DNA of 64,000 nucleotides from an uncultured Bacteroidales bacterium (GTDB lineage Bacteria; Bacteroidota; Bacteroidia; Bacteroidales; F082): NCBI GenBank assembly GCA_946185535.1, contig CAMHJX010000010.1, positions 18,492 to 82,491 of the forward strand, read 5' to 3'. Shown piece by piece: positions 59,280 to 64,000 of this stretch (position 1 is its first letter; each line of letters starts with the position of its first letter). The notes under the pieces were generated by a model. It saw only the letters and a program-made list of their open reading frames with translations, ran no database searches and was not told where the DNA came from. The position numbers and the translations under genes were made by a program.

Positions 59280-59430
59280 AAGTAATTGGGAATGAGATGG
59301 ATGTTGTTTTTTTTTTCTATATAGGAAACAAATCTTACATAAATCTGTCATAAATGGATCGCTTCGTGCCTCGCGATGACGCGAAGCGGCAGTGGGGCCA
59401 AAGTCCTGAAATCGAAGATTCGACGTAGTC

Positions 59431-59752
59431 AAAGGACGACCCTACCACACCCCGATATGCAATGTCGGGTTTTCATATTGAGAAGGGCGGATTCTTGTAT
59501 GCCGCAGCCATAGATCCCAAGTCATCGCACATGCCAGCGTTGGGATGACATGGCTGCTTGGCTATGAGAGAATGGGAACGCCTAAGACCAACCGGGTTGG
59601 GTGCGCAGGCCCGGCCGACATGGCGGGGAAGCGTCCGCTTTGTGGGTGGGACCGATGATGTCGGCCTTGATTCTTTGGCCCTTTCTTATCAAGAAGAAAG
59701 GGCGAAAATAAATGGCCGCAGCCACAGATGCTCGCCGCCGCACAGGCCAGTG
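59431..59752. repeat. Composite hairpin repeats (right bracket of the island, plus copy 2 of the ~160-bp repeat at 59591-59752)
   Basis: AAAGGACGACCCTACCACACCCCGATATGCAATGTCGGGTTTT (59431-59473), GCCGCAGCCATAGATCCCAAG..GACATGGCTGC (59504-59558), then ACCGGGTTGGGTGCGCAGGCCCGGCCGACATGG...GGCCCTTTCTTATCAAGAAGAAAGGGC...GGCCGCAGCC. Confidence 0.8.
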
Positions 59753-59753
59753 A

Positions 59754-60863
59754 CTAAAAAGTGGTCTTCCCTGAGCGTTGAAGGCGAGACTCAAGAGGAG
59801 TCTTTGCCGTGGAAAGGCCGGAGGTTTGGACTTCGGTTTGTTGTCCTTCGATGTCGAACTGAAGTGTGGCACCGTCAGTTCGTACATCCATGGTAACTGG
59901 TGCACCCATCACGAGGGGTAGGTTGATGTCGTCATGTCCAGCTGGGAAGCCGCAAATGACAGGAATGTTGTAAGCTGTAAGATAGGAATGGAGCATCGCT
60001 TCGACGCTTTCGTATTCGAACTCGTCGCCGCAGCTGACGAACGATCCAAGGATGACCCCTTTGCAACGGTCGAGTACGCCGTTCATGGCAAGGATGTTGA
60101 ACTGACGGTCGATGTTGTGCATCGATTCTCCTACCTCCTCGATAAAGAGGATGATGTCTTCAGCCTGGGTGGCATCGGCTTGAGTGCCGAGGTTAGGGGC
60201 GAAGGTGCAAAGGTTGCCGCCAACTAACACGCCTTTGGCCTGTCCAATGATGTTCTGCGGGTGTGCTGGTAGTTCATAACGCTGCACTTGGCCAATTAGC
60301 AAGTCGCGCATCAGGGTACTGGTAGCATCCGTACCACCAGCAGCAAGAAACGAGCTCATCGTTCCGTGTATACTCATCACTCCGGAACGGCTTTCTAAAC
60401 CGTGTAGCGTGGTGATGTCGCTAAAGCCCACAAGCCATTTTGGATTTGCCTTGAAATCGTTGTAGGTCAGCTGGTTGATGAGTTGAATAGTACCATATCC
60501 GCCACGGTTGCAGATGATAGCTTTAACGCCGTGTCGGTTGAGAGCCCAACGCAGGTCGCTGACGCGCTCCTCGACGGTACCGGCATATTTGCCTTGGTAT
60601 ATCTTGCCCACATTGGGACCAATGATAGGTGTCAGTCCCCAACCGCGTAACACTTCCGCGGTGCGCTCCACATTTTCCATTGGGGTAAAGTACGATGGTG
60701 AGATAAGGGCCACCGTGTCGCCCTCCATCAGATAGGAGGGTTTCTCACATTGTAGTTTTATTGTCTCATTCTCGGGGTTGCTCGTCTCTTTTTTGCACGA
60801 GGTTATAACACCGCAGAGAATAAGGATGGCGGCGAGCATCCAGCGTGTAGTCTGTTTCTTCAT
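59754..60863 (-). CDS. LD-carboxypeptidase (peptidase S66, LdcA/MccF-like) lipoprotein
   Basis: The ATG at 60863 gives MKKQTTRWMLAAILILCGVITSC (lipobox). GDTVALISPS, nucleophile block GFSDITTLH, and PAGHDDINLPLVMG with the catalytic His. The track start 60941 is a GTG. Confidence 0.85.
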   Translation of the reverse strand: MKKQTTRWMLAAILILCGVITSCKKETSNPENETIKLQCEKPSYLMEGDTVALISPSYFTPMENVERTAEVLRGWGLTPIIGPNVGKIYQGKYAGTVEERVSDLRWALNRHGVKAIICNRGGYGTIQLINQLTYNDFKANPKWLVGFSDITTLHGLESRSGVMSIHGTMSSFLAAGGTDATSTLMRDLLIGQVQRYELPAHPQNIIGQAKGVLVGGNLCTFAPNLGTQADATQAEDIILFIEEVGESMHNIDRQFNILAMNGVLDRCKGVILGSFVSCGDEFEYESVEAMLHSYLTAYNIPVICGFPAGHDDINLPLVMGAPVTMDVRTDGATLQFDIEGQQTEVQTSGLSTAKTPLESRLQRSGKTTF

Positions 60864-60968
60864 ATCCTTAGAAGCTAAATTGACAATAAAAGGAGTTGCG
60901 AACCATCGTAACTCCTTTGTTTTATATAGTATTTTCTGCACTTTTCTTCTTGTGAGATGTTGTCTCTC

Positions 60969-62219
60969 TTACCACTCCACAGCCATGCGTTGCACCGGCA
61001 TGGTCATGCATCGGGCGCCGCCGCCACCGCGCGAGAGCTCGTTGCCCTCGAAGGCGACGATGCACTTCTTCACATTGTCCAGATTGACCCTGTTGTTGGC
61101 CACATCGGCAGCCGTGACGATGTTGAAGCCCGCTTTGTTCAAGGCTTCTAGGGTGTGCTGGTTACGGCCGTAGCCGATGAACTTGCCGGGTTCGAGGCAG
61201 AAGAAATTGCAGCCGCTGTGCCATTGCTCACGGGCAGCCCAGTCGTTGTTGCGATTTCCGCAATATACGGGTTCCAGGTCGATGCCGATTTCTTTCAAGC
61301 CAGCCAACAGGTCAGTGACCTCCTTGCCGATGGCTTTCTGTCCGTCGACGGTGATATGGAAGGTCTTGTACTTGCTGTTCATGATGACGGGCTCGTAGAT
61401 CATGCAACGGTCGACATCGAGCATGGTGAACACCATGTCGAGATGGATGAACGACTCGGGTTCCAAAGGCAGTTCTTGGAAGATGAGGTGCTTCACGCCG
61501 GGCTTGGTCTTCAGGTGCTCGACCAAAGCCTCCACACCGTGCATGTTGGTGCGCGAGCCTAAGCCGCAGATCACCACATCGTCGCGGATGATTTGCACGT
61601 CGCCGCCTTCCACCGTACCCTCACCGTGGATGTCGTAGCTCAACACGGGGTTGACGACCTTGGTGTCGAACAATGGATGCAGGTTGTAGATGCTGTTCAG
61701 GATCAGGCACTCGCGTGAACGCACCGTCGTGGCCATGTTGCTGATCATGATGTTGTCGAACATGGTGAACGAAGCATCGCGCATGAAGAACAGGTTCGGA
61801 ATTGGCAGCAGGGCGTACGGGTCCTTGTTGATGAAGGTGACATCCTCAAGGCGGACGCCTTCAATCAGCTGGCGTGAGAGTTCTTCGGCAGGAAGTGTTT
61901 TCAGGTAAGGTGCGAGGAAACCTTTGTCCTCGGTCTTGCACACGCGGTTGATCATGGCGTTTTTGACACTGTCCATCTGCAGGATGTCGGTCAACAAGTC
62001 GCCAATCTCGTGGACTTCGGCCACTTTTTGCAACACTCTCTTGAAATAACTGTATTCTTTTTGCGCCACTTGCATGTTCAAGATGTCGCTGAACAGGAAG
62101 GTGTGGGCGTTTTCCGGGGTTACTTTTTCCAGTTCCGGGCCTGGAGTATGTACTAGAACATGTTGGAGTTTTCCAATTTCTGAGTTGACACTGACTTTGA
62201 TTCCTTCTTGTGAATCCAT
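60969..62219 (-). CDS. arcA: Arginine deiminase family protein
   Basis: VNSEIGKLQHVLVHTPGPE, LPIPNLFFMRDA, and C-terminal GGGGARCMTMPV with the catalytic Cys. I prefer the ATG at 62219 (MDSQEG..); an upstream in-frame ATG at 62261 lies only ~10 nt from the TAATTTTG box (62278-62285). Confidence 0.85.
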   Translation of the reverse strand: MDSQEGIKVSVNSEIGKLQHVLVHTPGPELEKVTPENAHTFLFSDILNMQVAQKEYSYFKRVLQKVAEVHEIGDLLTDILQMDSVKNAMINRVCKTEDKGFLAPYLKTLPAEELSRQLIEGVRLEDVTFINKDPYALLPIPNLFFMRDASFTMFDNIMISNMATTVRSRECLILNSIYNLHPLFDTKVVNPVLSYDIHGEGTVEGGDVQIIRDDVVICGLGSRTNMHGVEALVEHLKTKPGVKHLIFQELPLEPESFIHLDMVFTMLDVDRCMIYEPVIMNSKYKTFHITVDGQKAIGKEVTDLLAGLKEIGIDLEPVYCGNRNNDWAAREQWHSGCNFFCLEPGKFIGYGRNQHTLEALNKAGFNIVTAADVANNRVNLDNVKKCIVAFEGNELSRGGGGARCMTMPVQRMAVEW

Positions 62220-62361
62220 AAAAACCGTTTTGGTGAAACAATAAGAGCTGGCCTTGGCCATGCTCCAAAGATGGGTGCAAAATTAGGAAAAATCTCGGAA
62301 AGGCCAAAGAAAAAAGTGGAAAATCGGGTCGGATTTCTGCTTTAAGGTTTGCAATCCACTG

Positions 62362-63144
62362 TCAATCATTGGATAGGGCAACATCTTCATCCATGTTGTA
62401 GGCCCTGAATTGCAACTTCTCAGGCTGTTTGATGTTGAGGTACAGCTCCTCGCAATCTTCTGTGCCCCAATTTCCAACCAACGAGGCTTCTTGGGTCAAT
62501 GTTTTGAGTTCATCAAGGAAGTCCTTACGGGAAATGGAGTAGGCCCCGAGGCTCATCAGATGCTCTGTTTCCTGCTGGCAGTCAATGAGTTTGAAGTCGT
62601 GTGCCTGCAAAAACTGATGCAAGTGATAAAATGCCACTTTCGATGCGTCTGTGACTGTATGAAACATCGACTCGCCGAAAAACGCCTTGCCGATGGCGAT
62701 GCCATACAATCCTCCTACTAACTCGCCATCTTGATAACTCTCAAAGGAATGGGCGATGCCCAAGTCGTGCAGTTCGCAGTAGGCATCCACCATATCGTCT
62801 TGAATCCAGGTGCCGTCTTGATCCTTGCGTGGGGTTTCGGCGCAATGCAGCATCACCTCGCGGAAGTGAGTGTCCATCTTCACCTCGAACTTTCCCGACC
62901 GCAATGTGCGTCGTAACGATTTGCTCACTCTCATTTCGCCAGGACGAATGATGAGGCGTGGGTCGAGCGACCACCAAAGCAAGGGCTCGTCTTCGTTGTA
63001 CCAAGGGAAGATGCCGTTGGCGTAGGCCACCACAAGACGCTGGGGCGAGAGGTCGCCGCCAAAAGCCAGCAAGCCGTCTTTATTGGCCCTGTCGGCAGGC
63101 GGAAAAAAGCAGTCGTCGTCGTTGAGTTGGTACAAAATGTTCAT
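62362..63144 (-). CDS. aat: Leucyl/phenylalanyl-tRNA--protein transferase
   Basis: From the ATG at 63144: MNILYQLNDDDCFFPPADRANKDGLLAFGGDLSPQRLVVAYANGIFPWY...LWWSLDPR...GGLYGIAIGKAFFGESMFH. TATTTTTG box at 63163-63170 (minus). It has a C-terminal ~40-aa extension compared with what I expect. Confidence 0.9.
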   Translation of the reverse strand: MNILYQLNDDDCFFPPADRANKDGLLAFGGDLSPQRLVVAYANGIFPWYNEDEPLLWWSLDPRLIIRPGEMRVSKSLRRTLRSGKFEVKMDTHFREVMLHCAETPRKDQDGTWIQDDMVDAYCELHDLGIAHSFESYQDGELVGGLYGIAIGKAFFGESMFHTVTDASKVAFYHLHQFLQAHDFKLIDCQQETEHLMSLGAYSISRKDFLDELKTLTQEASLVGNWGTEDCEELYLNIKQPEKLQFRAYNMDEDVALSND

Positions 63145-63250
63145 AACGGTGAAATCGAAGCGCAAAAATAGGAAATTTTGCTTTGTAGGGCTGTCATATT
63201 ATGGCAGCCGTACATTAAATTTCCGTATTTTTGCACGATTTAACAGATAG

Positions 63251-64000
63251 ATGCCTCGTTATTTCATCCATATGGCCTACAACGGCAACCGCTACCATGG
63301 CTACCAGATCCAGCCGCACTCCAACAGCGTGCAGGCCACGGTGGAGCAATGTCTGAGCCTTAAGTTGGGGCAAACAATCTCCATCACAGGCTGTGGGCGT
63401 ACCGACACGGGTGTCCACGCAAGGAATTATTACGCCCATTTCGACATAGAGCAAGAGCTGAAAGACGCGGAAATGCTTGCCCATCAGATGAATGCCTTCC
63501 TTCCCGAGGACATTGTGATTTATAGGATTTGGCAGGTTGCGCCCGAGATGCATGCCCGTTTCGATGCCCTGTCGCGCACCTATCATTATTATATCACGCG
63601 CACGAAGAATCCTTTCCATACCAATGACGCCTATTTCCTTTATGGGGATTTGGATGTAGCCAAAATGCAGGAAGCTGCCAATATGCTTTTCGAATATGAG
63701 GATTTTACGAGTTTTTCGAAAGTGCATACCCAGGTGAGGACCAACAACTGCAACATCATGGAGGCTCGTTGGTTTGAGCAGGACGGTTTGCTGGTGTTTC
63801 GCATCAAGGCCGACCGTTTCTTGCGTAACATGGTGCGTGCTATTGTCGGAACACTCCTGGAGGTAGGGAAGGGGCGCATGACCTTGGAGGAGTTCCGTGC
63901 CGTCATCGAAAGGAAAGACCGCTGCGAGGCCGGCACTTCGGTGCCTGCGCATGCATTGTTCCTTGAAGAGGTGGAATACCTTCAAATGGATTCCCCTGCG
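63251..64000 (+). CDS. truA: tRNA pseudouridine(38-40) synthase TruA (first 250 codons, runs off the right edge)
   Basis: My own translation from the ATG at 63251: MPRYFIHMAYNGNRYHGYQIQPHSNSVQATVEQCLS...GCGRTDTGVHARNYYAHFD...ADRFLRNMVRAIVGTL. TATTTTTG box at 63226-63233. The 256-aa minus ORF 63215..63985 is its shadow. Confidence 0.9.
   Translation, partial: MPRYFIHMAYNGNRYHGYQIQPHSNSVQATVEQCLSLKLGQTISITGCGRTDTGVHARNYYAHFDIEQELKDAEMLAHQMNAFLPEDIVIYRIWQVAPEMHARFDALSRTYHYYITRTKNPFHTNDAYFLYGDLDVAKMQEAANMLFEYEDFTSFSKVHTQVRTNNCNIMEARWFEQDGLLVFRIKADRFLRNMVRAIVGTLLEVGKGRMTLEEFRAVIERKDRCEAGTSVPAHALFLEEVEYLQMDSPA

Noticed and set aside
63215-63985. 256-aa minus-strand ORF
   Set aside because: Shadow of truA, whose plus-strand frame starts at 63251 with classic TruA motifs and a promoter box.

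Overview
This 64 kb window looks like chromosome from a Bacteroidota organism, probably Prevotella-like Bacteroidales. The evidence is repeated TAnnTTTG -7 promoter boxes just upstream of start codons, no Shine-Dalgarno dependence, T9SS-type C-terminal domains and SpeB/interpain-type proteases. About 50 genes can be supported.

Housekeeping genes:
- A TPP-riboswitch-controlled TonB-dependent receptor.
- rimM, a tRNA m6A37 methyltransferase, tex, nnr, a MATE pump and a sirtuin.
- recA, nadE, a thioesterase and a 1307-aa GH2 beta-galactosidase.
- An LD-carboxypeptidase, arginine deiminase, aat and truA.

Accessory blocks:
1. 5.9-18.1 kb: five head-to-tail secreted C10 cysteine-protease paralogs. 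Their DNA is a patchwork of 100 %-identical tracts shared between different paralog pairs. Each carries one of four unrelated versions of a ~230-aa variable domain.
2. 28.3-31.3 kb: REP-like palindromes flank an IS200-like Y1 (RAYT-type) transposase and an AT-rich orphan PD-(D/E)xK nuclease.
3. 42.1-59.7 kb: a defence island bracketed by inverted copies of a composite hairpin repeat.

The defence island contains:
- A 42-bp-phased array of operator-like palindromes.
- A type I R-M operon (hsdM-hsdS-[DUF262/DUF1524 GmrSD-like]-hsdR).
- An AT-rich cassette: acidic protein, single-TM protein and AbiH-like protein.
- An unusual membrane-anchored XseA-like (exonuclease VII large-subunit-like) protein.
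- A RhuM-family gene and small orphan ORFs. These share a conserved upstream module, and two have convergent promoter+terminator units (candidate antisense sRNAs).

I consider the AbiH cassette plus the XseA-like membrane protein, and the mosaic protease array, the best candidates for undescribed biology. All functional calls come from motif recognition by eye; no database search was run.
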